From IMG/VR virus record IMGVR_UViG_3300044694_000083, positions 31,780-95,779 of that record: a stretch of 64,000 nt of DNA; one strand, given 5' to 3'. Positions 1 through 9,071 of the stretch are shown here, in pieces. The first letter of the stretch is position 1. Each line of letters starts with the position of its first letter. Source of the stretch: a virus (taxonomy: Duplodnaviria; Caudoviricetes). The notes under the pieces were generated by a model. It was not told where the DNA came from. It worked only from the letters and a program-made list of their open reading frames with translations, and made no database searches. The translations under genes were made by a program, and so were the position numbers.

Positions 1-93
1 TGCGTATTCAGACTGTACATTCACGACTCCTCAAAATATTGGCTGCTGGAAAACAATACAATATTACTCGGATTTGATGAATTGAACAAATAG

Positions 94-120
94 AAAAGGG
101 CAGGGGAACCTGCCCTTGTT
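94..120. terminator. Intrinsic terminator downstream of int
   Basis: AAAAGGGCAGG-ggaa-CCTGCCCTT hairpin with A-run (U-tail on minus strand). Confidence 0.7.
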
Positions 121-134
121 GCATCTCACGCAGT

Positions 135-1385
135 TCACGATGCGACGTGCTGCTCGATCCAGTCTGCCCACTTCGTCATGGCCTCGCGCATCTGGGGGCC
201 ATAGTCGCTCCGGTCGTAGTTCTTTGAGCCGGTATCGTTCTTGGCGTGTTGCTGGATCAGGTCGCGCGTGAATCGGTCGACGCCGGCGTCGTGCGCGCGG
301 CTCTTCCAGGTCCGGCGCAGGTCGCGCGCCTGGAACGGCACCATGGACACGTCCGGCCGCGCCAGCCAGCGCCTGATGGCCTGGTTGATGCTCCGGTACG
401 CCGTCTTGTCACCCTGGCTGCCGCTGCGTGCCGGGAACAGCGGGCCTTCGCCGTGCTTGGCGATCAGGTCCTTCAGCACCGGGATCGCCTGGCGCGGCAG
501 CGGGATCGAGTGCGGCCGTTTGATCTTCGATTTCTCGGGCGGCATGTCCCAGCTGCAGGCCGCCAGGTTGATCTCGGCGCCGTCGATGCGCAGCGTCTCC
601 TGCACGCGTTGTCCGCAGCAGATGATCAGTCGGATGGCCGCTGCGACCTCTTGCGAGAACCCCTCCTGGCCGAGCTCCGTTGCACGCCAGAGTTGTTTCA
701 GCTCGGCGGCTGAGAGGTTCCGGTCTCGTGTCTTGATGGCGCCGGTGTCCTTCGCCACGTCGGCCGCCGGGTTGCGCACCAGGCCCCAGTCCTGGCGCTC
801 CTTGGCGGTGTAGTCGTGCGCCGACTTCATGCCCCATGCGAACGCCGAGGCGATGTAGCTGCGCGCCTTGTCGGCCGCGCCGCGGTGGCCGGCGTCGTAG
901 AACCGCGACACGAAGTTCACCACGTCGGCCGGCGTGACGTCGGCGGCCGGCTTATCGCGGCCGAGCGCGTCGGCGGCGTTGTTCTTGGCCAGCAGCAGGG
1001 CTCGCTCGACCTCGTCGGCGCTGATGCGGCCCTTCTGTCGCATGTGCGCAACGTAACCCTGAAACATGCGGCTGACAGTCGCCTTCGAGGCCGGCGCCGC
1101 AGTCGGTCGGAGCTCGGCGGCCGGGTCCTGTCCCTCCGCCACCTGGGCGAAGATTTTGCGCGCCTGGTCGCGCGCGCGGTCCGGCGCCAGGTCGGAGCAG
1201 CGGGCGATCGTCATCTTGCGCTGGGTGCGCGCTGCGTCGCGGGTCCGGTACCTCACTACGTAGGTTTTGCGGCCGCTGGCTTGGATCCGGATGCCGAATC
1301 CCTCCAACTCGCTGTCCCAGATCCACGCGTCGCCGGCCGCCGGTGGCTTCACGTTATCCACAACCGTCTTCGTTAGTTTGGGCAT
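135..1385 (-). CDS. int: Tyrosine integrase with N-terminal arm-DNA-binding domain
   Basis: N-term MPKLTK..WDSELEGFGIRI arm-binding pattern; catalytic R (GQRVQE), RDLRRT, QHA, NY; adjacent to tRNA att core. Confidence 0.95.
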   Translation of the reverse strand: MPKLTKTVVDNVKPPAAGDAWIWDSELEGFGIRIQASGRKTYVVRYRTRDAARTQRKMTIARCSDLAPDRARDQARKIFAQVAEGQDPAAELRPTAAPASKATVSRMFQGYVAHMRQKGRISADEVERALLLAKNNAADALGRDKPAADVTPADVVNFVSRFYDAGHRGAADKARSYIASAFAWGMKSAHDYTAKERQDWGLVRNPAADVAKDTGAIKTRDRNLSAAELKQLWRATELGQEGFSQEVAAAIRLIICCGQRVQETLRIDGAEINLAACSWDMPPEKSKIKRPHSIPLPRQAIPVLKDLIAKHGEGPLFPARSGSQGDKTAYRSINQAIRRWLARPDVSMVPFQARDLRRTWKSRAHDAGVDRFTRDLIQQHAKNDTGSKNYDRSDYGPQMREAMTKWADWIEQHVAS

Positions 1386-1446
1386 TCTCACTCTCACTGT
1401 CGACGAACACCCGCCGGCCAGGGCCAATCAGGTATTCAGTTGCTGG

Positions 1447-1877
1447 CCGGATTTTCGGGCGCAGGTCGGGCGCAAAAATCCGGTGTCGCCAGTGATTTTG
1501 GGGGATTGACTGGGAGGCCGTCTCGCGACTAAGTAGCTGAAATCGCGTTGAGAAGAGACGTTCCGTGATTCCCCGTGAAAGTGGTCAAGCTAGACTACGA
1601 ATCTGGGGGTCAGGAGTTCGAATCTCTTCGGGCGCGCCACTTTTCCCTTCCAAAATCACTGCACTGCCAAGGCCTTACACAAGGCCTTGGCGCTGTCAAT
1701 CGGGCCCGCACCCGGGCGCGGCAGTCCTCTCGGGCGCAGGTCGGGCGCAAGATCCAGCGGGAACACAGGGGAAAGCGGGGGATCCAGCGTGAAGGCCCGG
1801 GATGGCTGGTCTGGCGCCGGCGCCCGATTCGGGCGGCAGGTTGGGCCCGGATTTGCGCCCGAAATCTGCGCCCGAAA
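1447..1877. other. attP region: core plus arm-type repeats
   Basis: TCGGGCGCAGGTCGGGCGCAA at 1455-1475 and 1730-1750; inverted TGCGCCCGAAA x2 at 1854-1877; inverted repeat CAGTGATTTTGG 1490-1501 / 1650-1661; tRNA-fragment core in between. Confidence 0.85.
1592..1639 (+). tRNA. 3' half of tRNA-Arg(ACG), att identity block (not a full tRNA)
   Basis: AGA-CTACGAA-TCT anticodon arm, GGAGTTCGAATCTC T-arm, ends GCGCCA; no 5' half or D-arm. Confidence 0.9.
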
Positions 1878-1880
1878 CTG

Positions 1881-2972
1881 CTATAGGACGATCGTAACCC
1901 GCTCGGCCGCGCGCGTGATCCCGGTATACAGGTGCTTGATCCGGTTCTCGCGGAACACGCCGCTTTCATCGAACAACATTACGTTGTCCCACTGTGAACC
2001 TTGGCTCTTATGCACAGTGAGTGCATAGCCGTAGCAGAGCTCGTCAGCATACTTCCGCTGGTGCCACTGGAGGTCCTTCTCGGTGCCGAGAAAGAACTCA
2101 TGCGGCACGGATAACTCGCCCGGATCGGCCATGCCGTCGATCGACTTCACGGTCATGCTGACGCGGTCCGACTGCACAGTTACAGCGTCAGCAGTCCACA
2201 ACGAGCCGTTGAGCAGCCCCTTCTCGCGATTGTTCTTGAGGCACACCAGGCGGTCGCCCTGGACCGGCATGCTGCTGTCGATTCCCTTCAGCTGGCGGAT
2301 GCGCTGGTTCATGGCCTGGCGGGTGTTATTCATCCCGCACAGCACCTGGTCGGCAGCCAGCACTTCCCTGGCGCCGAGGCCCTGCCGGCGGATGATCTTG
2401 CTGTCGCCGTACTGGCCAATCTGCAGGCGCCGGCCTTCGCGCACGTCGATCGAGAGCCTGATGATCGGGTTGTCGGCGGCTTGGCGGTGGATGTCCGTCA
2501 GCATGAAGTCCGGCTCGGCGCTGGTGAAGAAGCCATCGCCCTTGACCGGCGGCAGCTGGGCCGGGTCGCCCAGCACCAGGATCTTTGTCCCGAAGCTGAG
2601 CAGGTCCTGGCCCAGCTCCTCGTCGACCATCGAGCATTCGTCGATGATCACCAGCTTGGCGAAGCGGACCGGGCTGTCCGGGTTGAGGGTGAACGTCGGG
2701 TCGGCGCCATCTTCGTCCTCCTCGACCTTGTAGATCAGGCTGTGGATCGTGCTGGCCTCGCCGCAGCCCTTCTTTCTGAGCACGAGGGCCGCTTTCCCGG
2801 TAAATGCGGCGAACAGCACCGGCCCGTCGATGCCCTCGGCGATGTGCTTGGCCAGGGTAGTCTTGCCGGTGCCTGCGAACCCGAAGAGACGGAAAACCTG
2901 CGGGCCGCGGCGGCTGCGCGCCCATTTATCTACGGCCGCCAGTGCGGCGGCCTGCTGTGGTGACCAGTCCAT
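1881..2972 (-). CDS. RecD/Dda-like SF1 DNA helicase
   Basis: GFAGTGKTT, IIDECSM, LGDPAQLPPV, YALTVHKSQGSQ, YTGITRA. Confidence 0.92.
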   Translation of the reverse strand: MDWSPQQAAALAAVDKWARSRRGPQVFRLFGFAGTGKTTLAKHIAEGIDGPVLFAAFTGKAALVLRKKGCGEASTIHSLIYKVEEDEDGADPTFTLNPDSPVRFAKLVIIDECSMVDEELGQDLLSFGTKILVLGDPAQLPPVKGDGFFTSAEPDFMLTDIHRQAADNPIIRLSIDVREGRRLQIGQYGDSKIIRRQGLGAREVLAADQVLCGMNNTRQAMNQRIRQLKGIDSSMPVQGDRLVCLKNNREKGLLNGSLWTADAVTVQSDRVSMTVKSIDGMADPGELSVPHEFFLGTEKDLQWHQRKYADELCYGYALTVHKSQGSQWDNVMLFDESGVFRENRIKHLYTGITRAAERVTIVL

Positions 2973-2987
2973 ATATCCTTTCTGCTG

Positions 2988-3254
2988 TCACGCCGCGGCG
3001 GGCGCATTCGGCGGGAGTGAAGCGCGCTCCTCGGCCGTCAGGTAGTGGCGGTAGATCCGCGGCAGGTCGGCCGGCTTGCGCCACTCGAAACAGGGCCGGC
3101 CGTTGCTGTAGATGCGCGCGCCGGCGCCCGGGCCGAACGTGCAGACCTGTGGAATGCGGATCTGCAGGCCGTGTTTCTTTGTAACGCGCCGGTCGCCGGT
3201 CTTCGGCTTCGGGCGCGCCGGCGTGCTGGTGATGACGATGCGGGTTACAGGCAT
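2988..3254 (-). CDS. Hypothetical protein
   Basis: GGAGG RBS, tightly packed in the operon. Confidence 0.55.
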   Translation of the reverse strand: MPVTRIVITSTPARPKPKTGDRRVTKKHGLQIRIPQVCTFGPGAGARIYSNGRPCFEWRKPADLPRIYRHYLTAEERASLPPNAPAAA

Positions 3255-3772
3255 GGTGCCTCCCAGCGCTCGACACGCTCGACCTTGCGCACCGTCCGGA
3301 CCGTGCGGCGCTGGTGATGGCCGCAGTAGGCGCACTTGCGAGCGTTGGCGTTGATGGCGACCCATTCGTGCACGCTCTCGCCGTGGATGATGCAGCGGCC
3401 GCGCACCAGGTACTCGCGCCAGAACCAGTCTGTGACGTCGAGCCAGTTCGCCGTCTCAAAGTTCGGCCCGTAGGCGAAGTCCTGCAGGCTGGCGCCGGGC
3501 CTGGTCACCTCGAGCAGGCGCTTGCCGTGGAACCAGCCGCCTTCGATGGCGCCGCCTATCATCAGGCTTCCAATCTGCTGCCTGTCACCGGCCTTCAGGC
3601 CTTCGAGGTTGGGCTGGATGGCGCCCGTGATCTGGTTCCACGCCGAGATGTAGACGCGCTCGCGGCCTCGCTTCAGCGCGCGCTGGTAGAGGCGCCAGCT
3701 GAACTTGTCGGACTGGCCGTTGATGGCTGGCCGGATGCTGGCGGCAAATTCCTTGGTGGCGGCGGTCGCCAT
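3245..3772 (-). CDS. Hypothetical protein with C-terminal CxxC
   Basis: ORF coupled to neighbours; CAYCGH. Confidence 0.6.
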   Translation of the reverse strand: MATAATKEFAASIRPAINGQSDKFSWRLYQRALKRGRERVYISAWNQITGAIQPNLEGLKAGDRQQIGSLMIGGAIEGGWFHGKRLLEVTRPGASLQDFAYGPNFETANWLDVTDWFWREYLVRGRCIIHGESVHEWVAINANARKCAYCGHHQRRTVRTVRKVERVERWEAPCL

Positions 3773-3773
3773 G

Positions 3774-4169
3774 TCAGTACGCCTTGCCGCCGTCGGCAGC
3801 GCGGTTCTCGGGCTTATGATCCGCGCGCTGGGCGTTGAAGGCCAACTTCTCGGCGATGGCGCCGGCCAGGTCCAGGCCATAGCCGCCGGCCAGGTCGAAG
3901 ATGCGGATTGCGGCGTCGGCGAGCTCGACCTCGCGCATCGGGCGATGCGGCAGCTTGTCGTCCATCAAGTTCTTGCGGTCGCCTTCCATCGCCTCGCTGA
4001 TCTCGGAGTGGATCAGGCACAGCTTGTTGGAGAAGTGCAGCGGGTTGGCCTTGCTGGTGTTCGGGTCGGCATCATTCCACCAGCCGGCCGCGCGCGCGGC
4101 GCCGTGGCAGATTTCGGTGAGTTCGGCAGCGGTGAAGCGGGCGCGCTTTTGTTCGTAGTTGAGGTCCAT
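3774..4169 (-). CDS. MazG-like NTP pyrophosphohydrolase
   Basis: IHSEISEAMEG...EVELADAAIRIFD pattern. Confidence 0.75.
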   Translation of the reverse strand: MDLNYEQKRARFTAAELTEICHGAARAAGWWNDADPNTSKANPLHFSNKLCLIHSEISEAMEGDRKNLMDDKLPHRPMREVELADAAIRIFDLAGGYGLDLAGAIAEKLAFNAQRADHKPENRAADGGKAY

Positions 4170-4182
4170 AATTGTCTTAGAA

Positions 4183-4212
4183 AGAAGGCGGGGTTTCCCC
4201 CGCCGTTTTTAT
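4183..4212. terminator. Terminator-like hairpin
   Basis: GGCGGGG-ttt-CCCCGCC flanked by A/T runs. Confidence 0.55.
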
Positions 4213-4451
4213 TTCCGGTACTCGCTTGTGGAGTTGACGGTGTTCTTCGCCTCCCACTCGATCAGCTTGTCCTCTGGGTAAAGAACGCGGCCGCCGAACC
4301 TGCTGAAGGCTGGGCCGCTGCCCATATATCGCCAATTTGCAAGTGTCCGGACCGATATCCGGCCCTCGTACCTGGCCGCCACTTGAGCCGGTGTCAGGTA
4401 CGAGGTCTTGTTGCGTGCTGCTACTGCTTGAACTGCTACTGCCTGTTGCAT
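4209..4451 (-). CDS. Excisionase-like HTH protein
   Basis: YLTPAQVA..TLANWR..GPAF.RFGGRVLY MerR-type HTH. Confidence 0.8.
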   Translation of the reverse strand: MQQAVAVQAVAARNKTSYLTPAQVAARYEGRISVRTLANWRYMGSGPAFSRFGGRVLYPEDKLIEWEAKNTVNSTSEYRK

Positions 4452-4503
4452 GGAACTGCCGGGTGCCCCCTAATTGGTGCTGCTAATTTGTTGCTGTTGG
4501 TAC

Positions 4504-5562
4504 TCAGAACACGTCGTCATCCATGCCGGCGGCCTGAGTGGCTGCAGGCTGGCTGACTTCCTGTTGCTGGAGTTGTTCCGGAGCCGCCGAATCGCCGCCC
4601 GTTTCTTGAGCCTTTTCCGTCACATTTTGGGCAGGGTCTTTCACCGGATTTACCTGTGCTTCAGCCGGCTTGTTCGCTTGGCGGGAGGCGCGCGTCGTCG
4701 TTGTCGCAGCGGCGGCCGCCTTATTCTTGCCAGCGGTCGCGGCGTCAGCGATAGCTTTCACGGCTCCGGCATCCTCGGCCTGGTCGCCGCCGATGGGGAA
4801 ATACTCGGCGACGCTGGCGCCCTCTTTCAACGCATTGCCGATGCCGACCAGGTCGGCCAGTTCCTCGACGGTGGTGTCGTCGATGCCGTGGCCGAGGTGG
4901 GCCTCCAGGCGCTTGATGTTGACGCCGTACTTACTGAAGGCCTGAACCACGCCTTGGATGCGCACGCTCAGCGGTTTCTCGCCGCCACCGGCCAGGGTCT
5001 TCTGGCACTCAGCGATGCCGGCCGCGATCATGTGTTTGGGCAGCAGCGCCAGGATACGGCCGCGGATCTGCTTGCTGGCGACGTTTGCGATGCGGTTGTC
5101 GATGTCGGCCTGGTCGCGGCAGGGCTTCGGCCCGTTTTTGGTGTCGACGATGTGCATCACAGTGATTTGCCGCGGACTGCGGTTGTTCTTCTCCTTGTCC
5201 CACGCATAGACCTCGACCTCGGACTTTCCGTCTGAGCGGGACAGCTCGCGGTGGCCATACTCGAAGTTGCCGTAGCAGCGCGCTGCCTCTTCGGCAAAGC
5301 GGATTGACGGCCCGCTGCCGCGGTTCGGGACTGCGTAGAAGGCGGTCGCGGCGAAGTCCGGGCTGCGGCAAGCATCCAGGAATTCCGTGATGGCGCCGGT
5401 CACGCTGCGCGGGAACATCTTCGCCAGCTGGATCTGGCCGCGCGCCTCGGCGACGGCGCGTTCGGATTCGATCGTGATCGCGCCGACGTTGGCGGCGGAC
5501 CCTGCCGGCGCCACCATGGCGCGGCGGAACTGGTCGGATTCGTGGTGTACGAGGTCGTTCAT
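4504..5562 (-). CDS. Putative single-strand annealing / recombination protein
   Basis: Located in the RecE-like/ATPase operon; acidic aromatic tail MDDDVF. Confidence 0.5.
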   Translation of the reverse strand: MNDLVHHESDQFRRAMVAPAGSAANVGAITIESERAVAEARGQIQLAKMFPRSVTGAITEFLDACRSPDFAATAFYAVPNRGSGPSIRFAEEAARCYGNFEYGHRELSRSDGKSEVEVYAWDKEKNNRSPRQITVMHIVDTKNGPKPCRDQADIDNRIANVASKQIRGRILALLPKHMIAAGIAECQKTLAGGGEKPLSVRIQGVVQAFSKYGVNIKRLEAHLGHGIDDTTVEELADLVGIGNALKEGASVAEYFPIGGDQAEDAGAVKAIADAATAGKNKAAAAATTTTRASRQANKPAEAQVNPVKDPAQNVTEKAQETGGDSAAPEQLQQQEVSQPAATQAAGMDDDVF

Positions 5563-5617
5563 GTATTACTCCGTTTTGGTGAAGTCTTGATTATATTTGA
5601 TTATTGATTGCCTGTGT

Positions 5618-6943
5618 TTAATCCTGCGTCTCGATGGCGAATTCTTCTCCGCCAACGCGCGTCACGAAGCATTGCAGCCCGGCCGACGCAGTCTGCTTGC
5701 GCAGTTCTTCCAGGTTTGTCGGATCCAGGCACTCGATACGATCAACGCATACAACCCCGAGGTCGCCGGCGCGCAGCTTGGCCACACCGACGGCGATCTC
5801 GACCTGTTGCGCGGTGTTAAGGCGGTCGAGCGGCAGCCCGTCACGGAACACCTCGCCGTCGCGCACCTCAAGACCGCGGATCGGCAGGGACGACAGCAGC
5901 TCCGACTTGTAGGCCTCGATCGCTGCCAGGGCGTCGGTCTGGCGCTGCGCCTCGTCGCGCAGGCCCTGCAGGCTCTTCTCCATGTCGGCGACGATCGCCA
6001 GCGACTGCTCGCGCTTCGCGGCCGCGTCTCGGTTCGCGCGGATGACGGCCAGGGCCTGGTCAATCGGCCCCGTGGTCGTTGCGTACGCTCCGTGCGCCTT
6101 CTCGCGTGCGGCGCCGGCCCGGGTTTCGTTGTCGAGCAGGTCCGCTTTGATCGCGTCGACCTTCTCCTGGGCGGCGGCCTTCAGCGCATCGATGTCGGCC
6201 TGCAGCTGCGTGCGGACGGCATCGATGTCGGCCTGCGCCTTCGCCTTGATGCCGTCCAGCTTGGTGGCGATCTTGCCGAGCGTGTTGTCGCGCGCAGCGG
6301 CCGCTTCCTGCACCTGCGCCGACAGCTCTTCTTCGCTGCCTTCGACGCCACCGACGGCCTCCGGGATCGCGGCGCGCAGCTGCTTGATCGTCGCGTCCTT
6401 CTCTTTGACGGCGCGGTTCGTGCCGGTGCGCGCGTCGAACACCTGCTTGTGCACGGTCTCGAGCACGTGCAGCGCGTGCACGCCAGGTTGCGCGGTGACC
6501 TTGACGCCGGACAGTTCGGTCAGCTTCCGGGCGTCGAGCTCGATCGGCATCGACTCCAGCAGGACCTTGACCCGGTCTTTCTTGTCAGCGGCTAGGAACG
6601 CGACCGGGTTCACCGACAGCATGTCGGTCAGGCCGCGGATCATCTCGGCCGGTCGCGGCACCTTCTTGCCTTCCGCGTCGCGCACTTCGGTGATGCTCTT
6701 GTCGGCGGTCACCCTCTTGATGATCGAGTTGCCGTCGTCGAGCACGAACACGACCTCGCCCTGGTCGGCGCCGGCGCGCAACAGTGTGGCGTCGTGGCCG
6801 GGCGATACGGCCGCCTTGATGGCTTCCAGAACCGATGTCTTGCCGACGCCGTTCGGGCCCGAGATGCTGTTGAAGCCGCCCGGAGTCAGTTCGAGCTCGT
6901 CGATGCCGAGGATGTTGCGGATGGTGAGGTGTTGGATTTTCAT
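5618..6943 (-). CDS. SbcC/SMC-like ATPase
   Basis: GPNGVGKTS, long coiled coil, LNTAQQ signature, VCVDRIE Walker B-like. Confidence 0.85.
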   Translation of the reverse strand: MKIQHLTIRNILGIDELELTPGGFNSISGPNGVGKTSVLEAIKAAVSPGHDATLLRAGADQGEVVFVLDDGNSIIKRVTADKSITEVRDAEGKKVPRPAEMIRGLTDMLSVNPVAFLAADKKDRVKVLLESMPIELDARKLTELSGVKVTAQPGVHALHVLETVHKQVFDARTGTNRAVKEKDATIKQLRAAIPEAVGGVEGSEEELSAQVQEAAAARDNTLGKIATKLDGIKAKAQADIDAVRTQLQADIDALKAAAQEKVDAIKADLLDNETRAGAAREKAHGAYATTTGPIDQALAVIRANRDAAAKREQSLAIVADMEKSLQGLRDEAQRQTDALAAIEAYKSELLSSLPIRGLEVRDGEVFRDGLPLDRLNTAQQVEIAVGVAKLRAGDLGVVCVDRIECLDPTNLEELRKQTASAGLQCFVTRVGGEEFAIETQD

Positions 6944-6945
6944 GG

Positions 6946-7572
6946 TTATTTTTGGCCGAGAGCGGCCTTGATGAGTTGATAGGTTTGGGGTGCTGCATCC
7001 TTGTGTTTCGGGGCGCGCCAGTGCGGGATCTCGATATCCATCGCCACGCAGATCGCGTCCCAACTGCTGACCAGTGCAGCCCACTTCTTCGAGGCCTTGG
7101 CCATCTCTGGAAATTTCGCCGCGATCTCTGGCACCTGCTCGAGCAGCAGCCGGCAGCGGCGGAAGTCCCACGGGTCACGCGGGTAGTCCTGGATCCAGCC
7201 CTGCAGCGCGTCGAACCCGGTCAGGTAGGTGAAAATCGAGTTGCTGCTGATGCCGCGCTCGCCGCTGGACAGCCAGCGCGCGGCCGACTCGGACAGGCCG
7301 AATTTGGTGTATTTCGCGACGGCGACGTGGTCGACCGCCGGTTTCAGTTCGGCGACCAGCGCCTCGACGTCCTCCTGGCGGCCGAACGCGAAGTTCGCGC
7401 CCGTCATGCGCGCCAGTTCGGGTGCGATGATCGCGTCCGTGGGCATGGCCTTGGTGATGGCGCTGATCCACTTCGGCGGCAGTGCGCCTTCCACCATGAC
7501 GCAGCCGCCGCGCTCGATGATCGTGAAGCGGGTGATGCCGCTGGCGCTGATATTCGATGAGAAGAAATTCAC
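6946..7572 (-). CDS. Conserved phage hypothetical protein
   Basis: Operon position; GISS..YPRDPWDFRRC. Confidence 0.65.
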   Translation of the reverse strand: MNFFSSNISASGITRFTIIERGGCVMVEGALPPKWISAITKAMPTDAIIAPELARMTGANFAFGRQEDVEALVAELKPAVDHVAVAKYTKFGLSESAARWLSSGERGISSNSIFTYLTGFDALQGWIQDYPRDPWDFRRCRLLLEQVPEIAAKFPEMAKASKKWAALVSSWDAICVAMDIEIPHWRAPKHKDAAPQTYQLIKAALGQK

Positions 7573-7587
7573 TTCGGGTCCTTTTGG

Positions 7588-8571
7588 TCAGAGGTAGACG
7601 GGCTCGCCGTTCATTGCCCACGGGGGCAGATTTGCTTTGATGATCTCGCCGTTGTCGGTGCCGGGCCAGCGATTGGCGTCGCGGCACTCTATGAGGCGCT
7701 GCAGGTCGCGCTGATACAGCGCGCGGCCGATCGCGATGATGTCGTCCGTCAGGTAGTGGACGGCCACGTCGTACGGGCGCGTCTTCTGGACAGCGATGAA
7801 GCAGAAGTGACGCGGCGCGGCGTCGCCGTAGAGCATGAACAGGAGGTCGAGGTAGTATGCTGCCTGCACGTGGTACCGGCGCTGCGCGATCGTGCGACCA
7901 AAGCCGATCTCGCTCACGTCATCCGTCGTCTTCAGGTCCGGCATGATCAGGCCGTTGGCCGTGATGATGTCCGGTCGGCACTTGCGCAGGATGCCCTGGT
8001 CGTCGGTCACGAAGAACGACTGCTCGACCTTGGCGCCCTCCAGCAGGCCAGCGGCCGTGTGGTGGTTGTTCACCGCGCGCAGCATGCCGAGCATGTTCTT
8101 GTATTCGGCAGCCGAGATCGCGATGCGGCCGGCCATGGTCTTCTCGTGCTGGCGCAGCAGCCAGGGCATCAGGCGCCCGGGCTCGAAGCCGTCCTCAATG
8201 AGGCGGTCGCAGAGCTCGCCCTTGCTGCCGCTGACCATCAGGCCGCGGGCGGTGCATTCCTTCTTGAGGTCGGCGACCAGGTCCAGCGCTTCCGGATAGG
8301 CCGACTTGTCGAATCCAACCGCGTACGTCTGCTCGAACGTGCCCGGCTCCAGCACCAGCTTGTGCGTGCCGTCGCCGACCGCAAAGCAGTGTTTGAACTC
8401 GCGCGGCTCGCGCTCCGGGTTCACAAACTGATCCCAGTAGTTCAGCGGGCTGACGGCGATCGCGTCGAGCTGTCCTTTCGATACGCCCGGTGCGGAGTGG
8501 TACTGCTCATTCGTCAGGTCAACCTTGCCGTGCAGGTACAGCTCCTGCGGCTGGGCGGCTTGGGCTTCCAT
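7588..8571 (-). CDS. RecE-like PD-(D/E)xK exonuclease (exonuclease VIII / DUF3799-like)
   Basis: NEQYH..VSKGQL, KCRPD, DLKTT, YHVQAAYY. Confidence 0.85.
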   Translation of the reverse strand: MEAQAAQPQELYLHGKVDLTNEQYHSAPGVSKGQLDAIAVSPLNYWDQFVNPEREPREFKHCFAVGDGTHKLVLEPGTFEQTYAVGFDKSAYPEALDLVADLKKECTARGLMVSGSKGELCDRLIEDGFEPGRLMPWLLRQHEKTMAGRIAISAAEYKNMLGMLRAVNNHHTAAGLLEGAKVEQSFFVTDDQGILRKCRPDIITANGLIMPDLKTTDDVSEIGFGRTIAQRRYHVQAAYYLDLLFMLYGDAAPRHFCFIAVQKTRPYDVAVHYLTDDIIAIGRALYQRDLQRLIECRDANRWPGTDNGEIIKANLPPWAMNGEPVYL

Positions 8572-8753
8572 AAATCCCCTTCATCAAATTTATTAGGATG
8601 GGGCAATTCTGAATCATATTTGAGTAATGCGCAAGTATCGCGTCCGCGTTTGTCTGTTCTATACACGCCACATCCCGGCTTTTCACGCTGGATCATGATA
8701 ATCATTTTTCGCGCATTGTTCTTTTATTGTACAATTCGATGAACTACTGAAAC

Positions 8754-9005
8754 ATGAGGAGCAACGTGAATACGTTTGAACAAACATTCCAGCAGGCGCT
8801 CGACCAGGTCGAGAAGGATGCGAAGGAGGTCGGGATGACGATTACGTCCATCTGCCGAGACCTCGGCATCAGCCGCGCGACGCCGGATCGCTGGCGCAAG
8901 GAGCCGCCCAAGACCGTCGAGATCCTGACGAAGATGCAGGGGATCGTTGCCGCGCGGCGCGAGCAGATTGCACGCGAAGAGGCCAGCGGCCTGCACCACG
9001 ACTAG
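8754..9005 (+). CDS. Cro-like HTH regulator
   Basis: ITSICRDLGISRATPDRW; first gene at divergent AT-rich promoter region. Confidence 0.7.
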   Translation: MRSNVNTFEQTFQQALDQVEKDAKEVGMTITSICRDLGISRATPDRWRKEPPKTVEILTKMQGIVAARREQIAREEASGLHHD

Positions 9006-9071
9006 CAGCACCCACGATAACAATCGGCGCGGATAGGACGGAATCGAGCCGCGCCACATGAAAGAGACTGT

